From Clostridia bacterium (GTDB lineage Bacteria; Bacillota; Clostridia; UMGS1883; UMGS1540): 64,000 nucleotides of DNA. Of this stretch, positions 6,782-16,583 are shown piece by piece. The position numbers were made by a program, and so were the translations under genes. Every line of letters begins with the position of its first letter. Position 1 is the stretch's first letter. The notes below the pieces were generated by a model that saw only the letters and a list, made by a program, of their open reading frames with translations, was not told the origin of the DNA and made no database searches. The stretch lies in contig JAZSIR010000001.1 of assembly GCA_045533905.1 (NCBI GenBank), forward strand, positions 1 to 64,000. The letters run 5' to 3'.

Positions 6782-9725
6782 AAAACTTTTATGTTTGCTG
6801 TTTGCACTTCTTATGGTAGTTGGCCTTTTCGCAGGGTGCAGCGGTAAGACAGAACAGAAAAAGGAATTTCAAACATTTGAAGAGTTTAAGGATGCAAAAC
6901 TTGGTGTTCTTACTGGAAGTGAATATGACAGATTAACAAAAGAACTGTTTCCCGACAGTGAGAAATTCCAGTTTGCAGACGTCGCAAATCTTATTTTGAG
7001 TTTAGATGCTGATAAGATAGACGGCTTCCTTCTCGACAGTGCTTACTATTCAGCTGTCGGTTGGGAAAGAGAGGGATACAAGTCTATACAGAGTGACAAC
7101 AACACTACCGTCAGCTATGCTTTTATGTTGTCTGAAAGTGGGATGGCAAAGAAAGTTAAGGGCGAGCTGGACGAATTCATTACAGATATGAAATCCAGCG
7201 GTGGCATAGAGACGCTTGCCGAAAAATGGTTATCCGGAAGAAAACCCACAGAGTTTGAGGATTACAGTACATTAAGCGGAGAAAACGGTATCTTAACGGT
7301 CGCTGTTTCCAATTCCGATATGCCTTTGAGCTTTGTTCCTGAAGATATTGCAATGGGTTTTGATGTGGAGATTATGATTGCTTTTGCTAAAGAGTACGGA
7401 TACAAACTCAACTTTGCTCCTGTTGACTTTGAAGCAAAGCTCGGTGGTATTGCTTCAAACAAATATGACATTGCCATCGGTGGCATTACGGTTACTGACG
7501 AGCGTCGGGAAGAGATGAATTTCACTGTTTCCTATTACGAGAGTCCCGTTGTGATGGTAACAAAAGGACAGGATAATGCAGGGAGTACACTTTCTGACCT
7601 TGCGGGTAAAAAAGTAGGTGTTATGACAGCATCTATTCAGGCAGTTATGATGCCAAAGCTTGTTCCTGACGCAGAATATATGGAATTTAATTCGATATCA
7701 GATTTGATTGCAGCACTTAACAGTAACAAAATAGATGCTTTTGGCTGCGATGAATCCTTATATACATCAATGCTTTGGGAAGGTCAGGCAGTTGACCGCA
7801 TTGATGAGCCTATTGATAAAAGTAATTATGGACTTATATTCCAAAAGGGCAAAAAACTTGAGCTTCAGAACGAGGTTAATGAGTTTATTGCCACGATAAG
7901 TGCAGACGGAACGCTTAAAGCGTTGGAAGAAAAATGGTTTGGTGCGAAAGAACCGACAGAGTTTGCATCATATGAAAACTTAAATGGAACAAAGGGCACA
8001 ATTACAGTTGCCACCAATTCTGCTTCCATGCCGTTTGTATATCGCAAAAATAATAAATTTGTCGGCTTTGATATTGAATTTATTACCGCCTTTGCCAAAG
8101 AATACGGCTATAATATTAAGTTTGAAGATACAGAATTTGCAGCTATTCTCAGCGGTGTTGGGTCAGGAAGATATGACCTTGGTATATCGGGCATTACCAT
8201 AACCGATGAAAGAAAAGAAAGTATGGACTTTTCTGATGTTTACCACGTAGAAGATCTTGCTGTAATTATAAGAAGAGAAGCAGGTGCAGATGAACTTTCG
8301 CAGTTTAACAGCGCAACACTCGGTGTTGTTACAGGCTCACTATACGGTGGATATTCTAAAGAGCAGTTCCCGGGCGCAAGCATCAAAGAGTTTAACAACT
8401 TCTCTGATGTTCTTGTTGCCTTAAAGCAAGGCAAAGTTGACGGGATTATGCTTGATAAACCAAACTTTAACTCCGTTGCACGAACAGACAAGAGCCTTAA
8501 ATGTATCATAGTTCCCGCATATTCTGTGGAAATCGGTTTCGGATTCCAGAAAAATGACGGTGGCGATGCACTTCAGGCACAGATGAACGAGTTTTTGGCA
8601 AAGCTTGATAGCGATGGTACAACAGAGAAGCTCATAGATAAATGGTATGGCGAAACAGAGCCGGAAGAGACTATTGCATTAGAAGAACTTAAGGCAAACG
8701 AAAAGACACTTAATGTATCTATCGACACAACAAGAAAGCCTTTTGTATATATGTATAAAGGAAAACCTGTGGGATTTGAAATTGAAGTCCTTTATATGTT
8801 CTGTAAGGAATATGGCTACAATGTAAATATCTCGGATGTTTCCTTTGCATCAGGACTTGCAGGCTTGGCAAGTGAAAAATATGACCTTGTTTGTGGCGGA
8901 CTTTATATGACGCCTGAAAGAAAAGAAAGTGTAAACTTCTCCAATCCTTATATGAACGCAGAAGTTGTTATGGCAAAATGCGAAAGGTCAGGATTTGATA
9001 ACTTTATGTTATCCATTAAGGAGAGCTTTGAAAAAACCTTTGTAAGAGAGCAAAGATGGAAGCTGATTGTAGAGGGTATTTGCACCACAATGATTATAAG
9101 CTTGTTCTCCGCTTTGGGCGGAACACTACTTGGCTTTGCGCTTTATATGGCGGCACGCAGCAAGAAGAAGTGGCTCTCTAAACTTGCTAAAGGAATAGCA
9201 AAAGTGTATTCCACAATTATTGCAGGCACACCTACGCTCGTTGTACTTATGCTTTTGTTCTATGTGGTATTCACTTCTCCCGATATGAGTGGAATTGTAG
9301 TTGCAATCGTCGGCTTTATACTGACCTTCGGCTCATTTGTTTACGATAATCTTGCATTAACCGTGTCAGGCGTTGACAACGGACAACTTGAAGCTGCATA
9401 TGCTCTCGGCTATTCAAGAAACAGAACATTTTTCAGAATCATTCTGCCGCAGGCAATGAAGATGTTTGTGCCAAGTTATTCGGGCGAAATTGTAAACCTC
9501 ATAAAAGCAACATCCGTTGTTGGTTATATAGCAGTAAACGACTTAACCAAAATGGGAGATATTATCAGAGGTAATACATACGAAGCTTTCTTCCCGCTTA
9601 TTGCAGTTGCAGTAATTTACTTTGCAATCACATGGGTTATAGCAGGACTTCTCGGAATTTTAAGAAAGAAAACCGAACCAAAAAGAAGAAAGAATAAAAA
9701 CATATTAAAGGGGGTTGTAAGATGA
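6771..9725 (+). CDS. Polar amino-acid ABC transporter, multiple substrate-binding domains fused to permease
   Basis: Lipobox LFAGC; repeated GFD/E.E, T.ER...FS..Y and KW motifs of family-3 SBPs; C-terminal HisM-type permease with EAAYALG loop. Confidence 0.9.
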   Translation: MKIKKLLCLLFALLMVVGLFAGCSGKTEQKKEFQTFEEFKDAKLGVLTGSEYDRLTKELFPDSEKFQFADVANLILSLDADKIDGFLLDSAYYSAVGWEREGYKSIQSDNNTTVSYAFMLSESGMAKKVKGELDEFITDMKSSGGIETLAEKWLSGRKPTEFEDYSTLSGENGILTVAVSNSDMPLSFVPEDIAMGFDVEIMIAFAKEYGYKLNFAPVDFEAKLGGIASNKYDIAIGGITVTDERREEMNFTVSYYESPVVMVTKGQDNAGSTLSDLAGKKVGVMTASIQAVMMPKLVPDAEYMEFNSISDLIAALNSNKIDAFGCDESLYTSMLWEGQAVDRIDEPIDKSNYGLIFQKGKKLELQNEVNEFIATISADGTLKALEEKWFGAKEPTEFASYENLNGTKGTITVATNSASMPFVYRKNNKFVGFDIEFITAFAKEYGYNIKFEDTEFAAILSGVGSGRYDLGISGITITDERKESMDFSDVYHVEDLAVIIRREAGADELSQFNSATLGVVTGSLYGGYSKEQFPGASIKEFNNFSDVLVALKQGKVDGIMLDKPNFNSVARTDKSLKCIIVPAYSVEIGFGFQKNDGGDALQAQMNEFLAKLDSDGTTEKLIDKWYGETEPEETIALEELKANEKTLNVSIDTTRKPFVYMYKGKPVGFEIEVLYMFCKEYGYNVNISDVSFASGLAGLASEKYDLVCGGLYMTPERKESVNFSNPYMNAEVVMAKCERSGFDNFMLSIKESFEKTFVREQRWKLIVEGICTTMIISLFSALGGTLLGFALYMAARSKKKWLSKLAKGIAKVYSTIIAGTPTLVVLMLLFYVVFTSPDMSGIVVAIVGFILTFGSFVYDNLALTVSGVDNGQLEAAYALGYSRNRTFFRIILPQAMKMFVPSYSGEIVNLIKATSVVGYIAVNDLTKMGDIIRGNTYEAFFPLIAVAVIYFAITWVIAGLLGILRKKTEPKRRKNKNILKGVVR

Positions 9726-10813
9726 TTAAGATAAATCACTTAAAGAAAGAATATGCAAATGTTACTCCCTTAAAGGATGTAAATGTTCATATTCATAAGG
9801 GCGATGTCATTTCTATTATTGGTCCTTCAGGCACCGGTAAATCAACCCTTATCAGATGTATCAATATGCTTGAAACTCCCACTTCCGGCGATATTTTCGT
9901 TAACGGTGAACGAATTACCGACAAAAAATGTAACATAAACAAAATCCGTCAGAAGATGGGTATGGTGTTCCAATCCTTCAATTTGTTTAACCACATGAAC
10001 ATTATTGAAAACATTATGGCAGCACCTATGGACTTACTTAAAAAATCAAAGCAGGATGCTTATGACGACGGTATGGAGCTTCTTCGCACAGTTGGTCTTG
10101 CAGATAAAGCCTTTAACTATCCCGATGAGCTTTCAGGCGGTCAGAAACAGCGTGTTGCCATAGCAAGAGCACTCGCAATGGAACCCGAAATAATACTCCT
10201 TGATGAGCCGACATCGGCGCTCGATCCCACAATGGTCGGTGAAGTTCAGGCGGTAATTAAAGACCTTGCAAAAAAAGGCTTAACTTTAATGATAGTAACT
10301 CACGAAATGCGATTTGCAAGAGAAATTGCAAACAGAGTTTTCTATATGGATGAAGGCGGTGTTTATGAAGACGGAACACCTGAAGAAATCTTCGATAATC
10401 CAAAGCGAGAAAAGACAATCAGATTTATTAAGCACCTTAAAGTATTTGAAAATCTTATCACCTCAAAGGATTTCGACTTTATAGGCTTTAATACATCTTT
10501 AGAAGAATTCGGCAGACGAAATCAGGTTCCGCAGGAAACCATTTACCGCGCACAGTCGGTATTTGAAGAACTTGTTGTGCAATGTCTTCTTCCAAAGCTT
10601 GAGGAAGAGTTTACTCTAAGTATTGCCTTTGAATATTCTCAAGATGAAGAAACACTTTCGATGATTATGAAATATGACGGAGAACATTTCGATGTACGAA
10701 ATACACCTAATGTTATTTCGTTTGCTATTGCTGAAAATGCATCAGAAAGCATTGATTATACTGAGTGTAACGACGGTAATTTTACAAACCTCGTGACGGT
10801 GAAAATCAAATAA
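9722..10813 (+). CDS. GlnQ-type ABC ATPase with C-terminal RsbW-like (HATPase-fold) extension
   Basis: GPSGTGKS, LSGGQKQR, ILLDEPTSALDP, VTHEM; ~120-aa extra tail VFEELVVQ...YDGEHFD...TNLVTVKIK. Confidence 0.88.
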   Translation: MIKINHLKKEYANVTPLKDVNVHIHKGDVISIIGPSGTGKSTLIRCINMLETPTSGDIFVNGERITDKKCNINKIRQKMGMVFQSFNLFNHMNIIENIMAAPMDLLKKSKQDAYDDGMELLRTVGLADKAFNYPDELSGGQKQRVAIARALAMEPEIILLDEPTSALDPTMVGEVQAVIKDLAKKGLTLMIVTHEMRFAREIANRVFYMDEGGVYEDGTPEEIFDNPKREKTIRFIKHLKVFENLITSKDFDFIGFNTSLEEFGRRNQVPQETIYRAQSVFEELVVQCLLPKLEEEFTLSIAFEYSQDEETLSMIMKYDGEHFDVRNTPNVISFAIAENASESIDYTECNDGNFTNLVTVKIK

Positions 10814-10825
10814 CGAGGTGATAAA

Positions 10826-12397
10826 TTGGAACAGTATAATTTTTCAAACAGCAATATTGACCTTGCCTGTGAGGATGTTGGCGTTTTTCTGACATCGGTC
10901 GGAGTGGAAAAACGCGAAGTTTTGCGAAACAAACTCACCCTTGAGGAAATACTCCTTGAATACCAAGCAAAGTTTGGTGAAGAAGCGAACTTTAAGGTAA
11001 GATGCGTAAACCGCTTTATGACCATCAAGGTTGAGTTAATTGTTTCGGGACGGGTTTACAATCCGCTTGAAAAGAACGAGGAAGAAAACATCATACATGG
11101 AATTTTGGCAGGTATCGGTCTTGCCCCCTCATACGGATACAGAAACGGAAAGAATTATATCATTTTCACTCCCAAGAAAAAACCGTTGTCAAGCACGGTT
11201 AAAATGGGTGTGGCGATTGGACTTTCGCTCATTTGCGGTTTTTTCCTTAATCTTCTGCCCGATTCAGTTAGAGCAGGTGCAAGCAAATATGTACTTTCGC
11301 CTGTGACCGATGCGTTTATGGGATTGATTTCGGCTGTATCGATTCCGCTGATTTTCTTGTCTGTCCTTGGTAGCATCTGCTCTATGGGCAACATGGAAAC
11401 TCTCGGCAAAATTGGAAAAAAGACCATTAAAACTATTCTCCTGTATTTGACGGCGTTCAGTATACTTATGACAGCACTTGGAAGCTTGTTCTTTCACGTA
11501 CAGTGGGGTGGCGGAGGAGCATCAGGTTTCTCACAGGTTTTCGATTTGATTTATAACATCATTCCATCGAATATGTTTGAACCTTTTATAACGGGAAATA
11601 CTCTGCAGCTTATCTTCATTTCCATTATAGTTGGACTTGCAATGCTTGTCCTTTCGACAAGAGTGAACGGTGTTTTCAAACTTGTCGAACAGTTGGGCGC
11701 GATTGTGCAAACAATTATGTCAGGACTTTCATCTATGCTGCCGATTTTGATTTTTGTACTCTTTACGGGAATGATATCCGGCGGAGAGTTCGGAACTCTG
11801 CTTGATTCTTGGAAGATTATTGCAGTTTTCCTGTTGCTCGTTATGGTTTACTATGCAACAACTGTTTTGTACATTGCATTTAATAAAAAAATTTCGCCGG
11901 CTTTGCTATTAAAAAAGACATGGAAGACGCTTATTATTGCTCTTACAACTGCATCTTCTGCTGCGGCATTCCAAAAAAATATTCGCGATTCAAACAAAAA
12001 GTTTGGTATTGACAAACGTCTCGCGGAATTTGGGGCATCCTTGGGACAAGTGTTGTTCAGCCCTGCTGATGTTGCTATTCTCATTGCAATGGAGGTTGGG
12101 TTTGCGGAAATGTATGGCATTGCGATCACTCCGCAGTTTTTAATCATTGCGTTGATCACGAACCTACTTTTGTCATTTTCCATTCCTCCCGTACCCGGAG
12201 GCTCTGTGATGGGATACACTATTGCATTCACACAGCTTGGTATTCCTTTGGAGGTTATGGGTGTTGTTCTTGCCTTGGATGCGATCATTGATTTTCCGGC
12301 AACAGCGTGCAACATTTCGGGATGGCAGCTTACAATGATTGAGGTTGCTGACTCGCTCGATATGCTCGATAAAGAAACACTTTGCAAAAAGAGATGA
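10826..12397 (+). CDS. DAACS (dicarboxylate/amino acid:cation symporter)-family protein with N-terminal RsbW-like domain, copy 1
   Basis: PLIF.S, IIPSN.F, TASSAAA, PPVPGG, D.P.TACN.SG motifs; TTG start with GAGGTG RBS. Confidence 0.85.
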   Translation: MEQYNFSNSNIDLACEDVGVFLTSVGVEKREVLRNKLTLEEILLEYQAKFGEEANFKVRCVNRFMTIKVELIVSGRVYNPLEKNEEENIIHGILAGIGLAPSYGYRNGKNYIIFTPKKKPLSSTVKMGVAIGLSLICGFFLNLLPDSVRAGASKYVLSPVTDAFMGLISAVSIPLIFLSVLGSICSMGNMETLGKIGKKTIKTILLYLTAFSILMTALGSLFFHVQWGGGGASGFSQVFDLIYNIIPSNMFEPFITGNTLQLIFISIIVGLAMLVLSTRVNGVFKLVEQLGAIVQTIMSGLSSMLPILIFVLFTGMISGGEFGTLLDSWKIIAVFLLLVMVYYATTVLYIAFNKKISPALLLKKTWKTLIIALTTASSAAAFQKNIRDSNKKFGIDKRLAEFGASLGQVLFSPADVAILIAMEVGFAEMYGIAITPQFLIIALITNLLLSFSIPPVPGGSVMGYTIAFTQLGIPLEVMGVVLALDAIIDFPATACNISGWQLTMIEVADSLDMLDKETLCKKR

Positions 12398-12406
12398 GGT
12401 GGTTAA

Positions 12407-13981
12407 TTGGAACAGTATAATTTTTCAAACAGCAATATTGACCTTGCCTGTGAAGAAGTCGGTGAGTTTCTTTCCAAAGTCGGTGTAGAACGACGCGAGG
12501 CTCTCCGAACAAAGCTCACATTTGAGGAAGTATTGCTTGAATACCAATCCAAGTTCGGAGAGGAAGCCACCTTCAAGGTGAGACTTCTGAAACGCTTGTC
12601 CTCTATAAAGGTCGAGATCATCGTAGAAGGAGAATCCTACAACGCTCTTGTCAAAAACAGCGACGAGGGTGACGTGATACAAGGTCTGCTTGCAGGTATC
12701 GGTCTTGCTCCTACTTGGAATTACAAGAACGGTAAAAATTACATCGTATTTATACCAAAGAAAAAACCGCTGTCCGGCACGGCCAAAATGGTCGGTGCAA
12801 TCGGACTTGCGGTGATTTGCGGAATTATCTTAAATCTCTTGCCAGACGGAATCAGAGCAGGCGCAAACGATTATGTGCTAACACCCGTAACGAATGCGTT
12901 TGTGGGACTTATCTCAGCAGTATCAGGGCCGCTGATCTTCCTATCGGTTCTCGGCAGTATCTGCTCCATGGGCAATATGGAAACCCTCGGCAAGATCGGA
13001 AGTAAGACGATTAAGGTTATCCTTCTTTATATGACGGTAATCGCAGTATTGATGACCGCATTCGGCTGCCTGTTTTATCACATTGAAATGGGTGGCGGAG
13101 GGACATCGAGCTTCTCGCAGATTCTCGATTTGATCTATGACATCATTCCGTCAAATCTGTTTGAACCCTTTGTAACCGGAAATGCTTTGCAGCTGATCTT
13201 CATTTCCATCATGGTCGGACTTGCAATGCTTGTCCTATCGTCGAGAGTCAGTGGCGTGTTCAAGCTCGTGGAACAGCTCAGCTCCATCGTGCAAACGATT
13301 ATGTCGGGGCTGTCCTCAATGCTTCCGATTCTGATATTTGTTCTCTTTACGGGAATGATTTCAAGCGGTAACCTTGGTGCAATTCTCGATTCTTGGAAGA
13401 TGATATTAGTCATCGTGCTAATGATTGTAGTTTACTACGTACTGAATCTTCTGCGAATCTCCCTTATGAAAAAGATACCGCCGGCTTTGCTGATGAAGAA
13501 AGCGTGGCAGACACTTCTCATTGCACTTACCACCGCATCCTCGGCTGCCGCGTTCGGTACGAACACCCGTGATGCAAACAAAAAGCTTGGTATTGACAAA
13601 AAGCTTGTTGAGTTCGCAACTCCCATCGGTCAGGTATTGTTTATGCCCGGATATGTCGCCATGCTTTTTTGTATGGAAATGGGCTTTGCGGAATCCTACG
13701 GTCTTCCGATTACTCTACCGTGGATATTTATCGCTCTTATCACAAATCTTTTGTTATCATTTGCAGTCCCGCCCGTGCCCGGTGGTGCAATGATGGGATT
13801 TACGATTGCTTTTACACAACTCGGCATTCCTATGGAGGTTATGGGTATTGCGTTGGCGGTGAACGCTATCATTGATTTCCCCTGTACAGCCTGCAATGTT
13901 TCAGGATGGCAGCTTACTCTTATTGATGTTGCTGACTCACTTAATATGTTGGATAAAGAATCATTACATAAAAATAATTAA
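12407..13981 (+). CDS. DAACS-family protein with N-terminal RsbW-like domain, copy 2
   Basis: Tandem paralogue of 10826-12397 with identical first ~47 nt. Confidence 0.85.
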   Translation: MEQYNFSNSNIDLACEEVGEFLSKVGVERREALRTKLTFEEVLLEYQSKFGEEATFKVRLLKRLSSIKVEIIVEGESYNALVKNSDEGDVIQGLLAGIGLAPTWNYKNGKNYIVFIPKKKPLSGTAKMVGAIGLAVICGIILNLLPDGIRAGANDYVLTPVTNAFVGLISAVSGPLIFLSVLGSICSMGNMETLGKIGSKTIKVILLYMTVIAVLMTAFGCLFYHIEMGGGGTSSFSQILDLIYDIIPSNLFEPFVTGNALQLIFISIMVGLAMLVLSSRVSGVFKLVEQLSSIVQTIMSGLSSMLPILIFVLFTGMISSGNLGAILDSWKMILVIVLMIVVYYVLNLLRISLMKKIPPALLMKKAWQTLLIALTTASSAAAFGTNTRDANKKLGIDKKLVEFATPIGQVLFMPGYVAMLFCMEMGFAESYGLPITLPWIFIALITNLLLSFAVPPVPGGAMMGFTIAFTQLGIPMEVMGIALAVNAIIDFPCTACNVSGWQLTLIDVADSLNMLDKESLHKNN

Positions 13982-14000
13982 AAGAAAGAGGTAGATTACT

Positions 14001-14297
14001 ATGACTATCGAAAAAAACTTAAACGGAACCGAACTGACAGTTGCCATTGTTGGCAGACTTGACACAACAACCGCACCTGAACTTGAAGCATCTTTAAAAG
14101 AAAGCTTTACTGGTGTAGAAAAACTTGTGCTTGATTTTGCTTCACTTGAGTATCTTTCTTCTGCAGGACTTCGTGTTCTTCTGGCGGCTCAGAAGGCAAT
14201 GAACAAGCAGGGCGAAATGATTATTAAGAATGTAAACGAAACCATCAATGAAATCTTTGAAGTAACGGGATTTATTGATATTTTGACAATCGAATAA
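14001..14297 (+). CDS. STAS anti-anti-sigma-type protein, copy 1
   Basis: GRLDTTTAPEL, LVLDF..LEYLSSAGLR phosphoacceptor motif, EIFEVTGF. Confidence 0.92.
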   Translation: MTIEKNLNGTELTVAIVGRLDTTTAPELEASLKESFTGVEKLVLDFASLEYLSSAGLRVLLAAQKAMNKQGEMIIKNVNETINEIFEVTGFIDILTIE

Positions 14298-14317
14298 TTG
14301 CTTAGGGAGGGCTTTGT

Positions 14318-15211
14318 ATGCCGAATTACGATTTTTTGCTTGAGCATAAGCTGAAGGAACTGAATAGTGAGTTTGCATATCGGCATACCTGCTGTATGTC
14401 ACTTTTTGAGCAAATGCTGAAAAGGTTTCTCGCCGTATTCCCAACATTTACCGATCATACACTCCTACATACTTTGAGTGTGACAAACATATCAAACCAA
14501 CTGCTTCGTGAAAATGTTATGAAATTAAATGCAAGCGAGATATACATATATCTTATGGCGTGTGCTTTGCATGATATTGGAATGGGTGTTTCGGACAAGG
14601 ACATTGGCTCATTTATTGATGCATCCGGTCTCAGAGGATATGTAAACGAACATCCTGAAATATCTAAGCCTAATTTGATACGCAAATTTCACAACGATTT
14701 TTCAGCACAGTTTGTAAAAAAGTATTGGGAGATACTTGAGATACCAAATAAGCGGTATGCTGATGCGATTGCTGAGGTCGGACGAGGGCACAGAAAGACG
14801 GATTTGATGGATGAAGCACTTTATCCTACAGATTACGAACTTGGTGACGGAAGCAAAGCGAATCTTGCCTTGCTTGCGGCACTTATACGACTTTGCGATG
14901 AGCTTGATATAGCATCGGACAGAAACCCTGATTTGCTGTATGATACCGAAACTATGGAGGGTATGAGCGAGAAGGATGTATTTGAGTTTTCCAAGCACGA
15001 GGCTATCCATACGCTAAAGTTTAGTGAGGATAATATTGTGGTTATTGCTGACACAGATAAACCGGATATTGCCGATGGAGTTATAGAGGCGATCCGTACT
15101 GTTAAAGAAACTCTTGAATATTGTCTTTCTGTAATCAGCAAACGTAGTGATTTTCAAATTGATTGCGAAACAATAAAACTGATATTAAATGATAAAGAAG
15201 TAGAGGTGTAA
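14318..15211 (+). CDS. HD-domain phosphohydrolase (HD-CE-like)
   Basis: FTDHTLLH, LHDIGMG, RKFH...S, GH, IRLCDELD motifs. Confidence 0.7.
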   Translation: MPNYDFLLEHKLKELNSEFAYRHTCCMSLFEQMLKRFLAVFPTFTDHTLLHTLSVTNISNQLLRENVMKLNASEIYIYLMACALHDIGMGVSDKDIGSFIDASGLRGYVNEHPEISKPNLIRKFHNDFSAQFVKKYWEILEIPNKRYADAIAEVGRGHRKTDLMDEALYPTDYELGDGSKANLALLAALIRLCDELDIASDRNPDLLYDTETMEGMSEKDVFEFSKHEAIHTLKFSEDNIVVIADTDKPDIADGVIEAIRTVKETLEYCLSVISKRSDFQIDCETIKLILNDKEVEV

Positions 15212-15215
15212 AAAT

Positions 15216-15929
15216 ATGGCAACTGCACATATAAATGCAAAACCGGAGGATTTCGCAAAAACGGTGCTTATGCCCGGCGATCCTCTCCGCGCAAAGCTGA
15301 TCGCGGAAAAATATCTTGAAAACGCTGTACTTGTAAATAATGTCAGAGGCGTTCAGGGCTATACGGGTACATATAAGGGCAAACGAGTGTCCGTTATGGC
15401 GAGTGGTATGGGAATGCCGTCAATGGGTATTTATTCTTATGAGCTTTACAAGTTTTTCGGAGTAGAAAACATTATTCGTATTGGTTCAGCAGGTGCTCTT
15501 AATACCGATATTTATGTTCGTGATGTTGTAATCGGTATGGGTTGTTCTACTGATTCCAATTTTGCGGCAAATTACAAGCTTCCCGGAACTTTTGCTCCAC
15601 TTTGCAGCTACAAACTGATGGACGCTTGTGTTGAAAGTGCAAAAGAAATGGGTGTAACATATCACGTGGGCAACCTTCTTTCGTCAGATATTTTCTATGG
15701 TGATGACGAAACGGCAAACGACGCCTGGGCAAAGATGGGTGTTATGGCAATAGAGATGGAGGGTGCGGCACTTTATATGAATGCTGCGCGTCTTGGCAAA
15801 AACGCCCTTGTTATTTGTACCGTATCCAATCACATAATCACGGGCGAGGAAACTACTGCTGAGGAAAGACAGAATTCCTTTGGTGAAATGATTACATTGG
15901 CACTTGAAACCGCCTTGAAGTTAGACTGA
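15216..15929 (+). CDS. deoD: Purine-nucleoside phosphorylase
   Basis: ATAHINAK, VLMPGDPLRAK, GMGMPSMGIYSYEL, IRIGSAG, EMEGAALY. Confidence 0.95.
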   Translation: MATAHINAKPEDFAKTVLMPGDPLRAKLIAEKYLENAVLVNNVRGVQGYTGTYKGKRVSVMASGMGMPSMGIYSYELYKFFGVENIIRIGSAGALNTDIYVRDVVIGMGCSTDSNFAANYKLPGTFAPLCSYKLMDACVESAKEMGVTYHVGNLLSSDIFYGDDETANDAWAKMGVMAIEMEGAALYMNAARLGKNALVICTVSNHIITGEETTAEERQNSFGEMITLALETALKLD

Positions 15930-15943
15930 CGGAGGGGGTACTG

Positions 15944-16582
15944 ATGGTAGAAATATTGAAGGGACTTGGCATCACCGTTTTTCTGACTGTTGCATGCTTT
16001 ATAACAGCATCCTTGATTGGAGCATTAACTTGTGCCGGCTTTTGCTCTAAAAACAAAATAGTCAGAACGGTATGCAAGATTTATAATGGCTTGGTGATTA
16101 AGATTCCTCCGCTCGTTATGTTAATGCTTTTCGCATTAGTCGTTATGGGCGACCGTAATAAAGGAACTATATTTATTGCTTTTGTAGGACTGTCTCTTTT
16201 TGTTGCAGCAAATCTTACCGGTGTTTTCTGTGGCGGTGTTTTTTCCGTTGCAAATGGAGAAATTGAAGCGGCTCGCACGTTGGGAATGAACAAGATTCAA
16301 ACATTTTTTCATGTTATGTTACCTCAGATAATTGAAAACATTGTTCCGGTATATATGTCAATGTTTGTGATGTGTATGCAGATTACAAGTGTGGCATCCG
16401 TTATTGGAGTAGGTGAATTTCTTAGCGTAACCGATGGTATTTCCGATGCTGTAATTGGAATTGTGATTTCGATTTCAGGTTATTTTGTTATTGGAACACT
16501 CGGTGATTTCGTTATCACCCGTATAGGAAAGATAAAACATATTAAAGCAAAGGATTATCCTGGAAAGGCGGAGGTGAGATAA
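15944..16582 (+). CDS. Amino-acid ABC permease (HisM-like, divergent)
   Basis: GEIEAARTLGM EAA loop, hydrophobic segments. Confidence 0.8.
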   Translation: MVEILKGLGITVFLTVACFITASLIGALTCAGFCSKNKIVRTVCKIYNGLVIKIPPLVMLMLFALVVMGDRNKGTIFIAFVGLSLFVAANLTGVFCGGVFSVANGEIEAARTLGMNKIQTFFHVMLPQIIENIVPVYMSMFVMCMQITSVASVIGVGEFLSVTDGISDAVIGIVISISGYFVIGTLGDFVITRIGKIKHIKAKDYPGKAEVR

Positions 16583-16583
16583 G

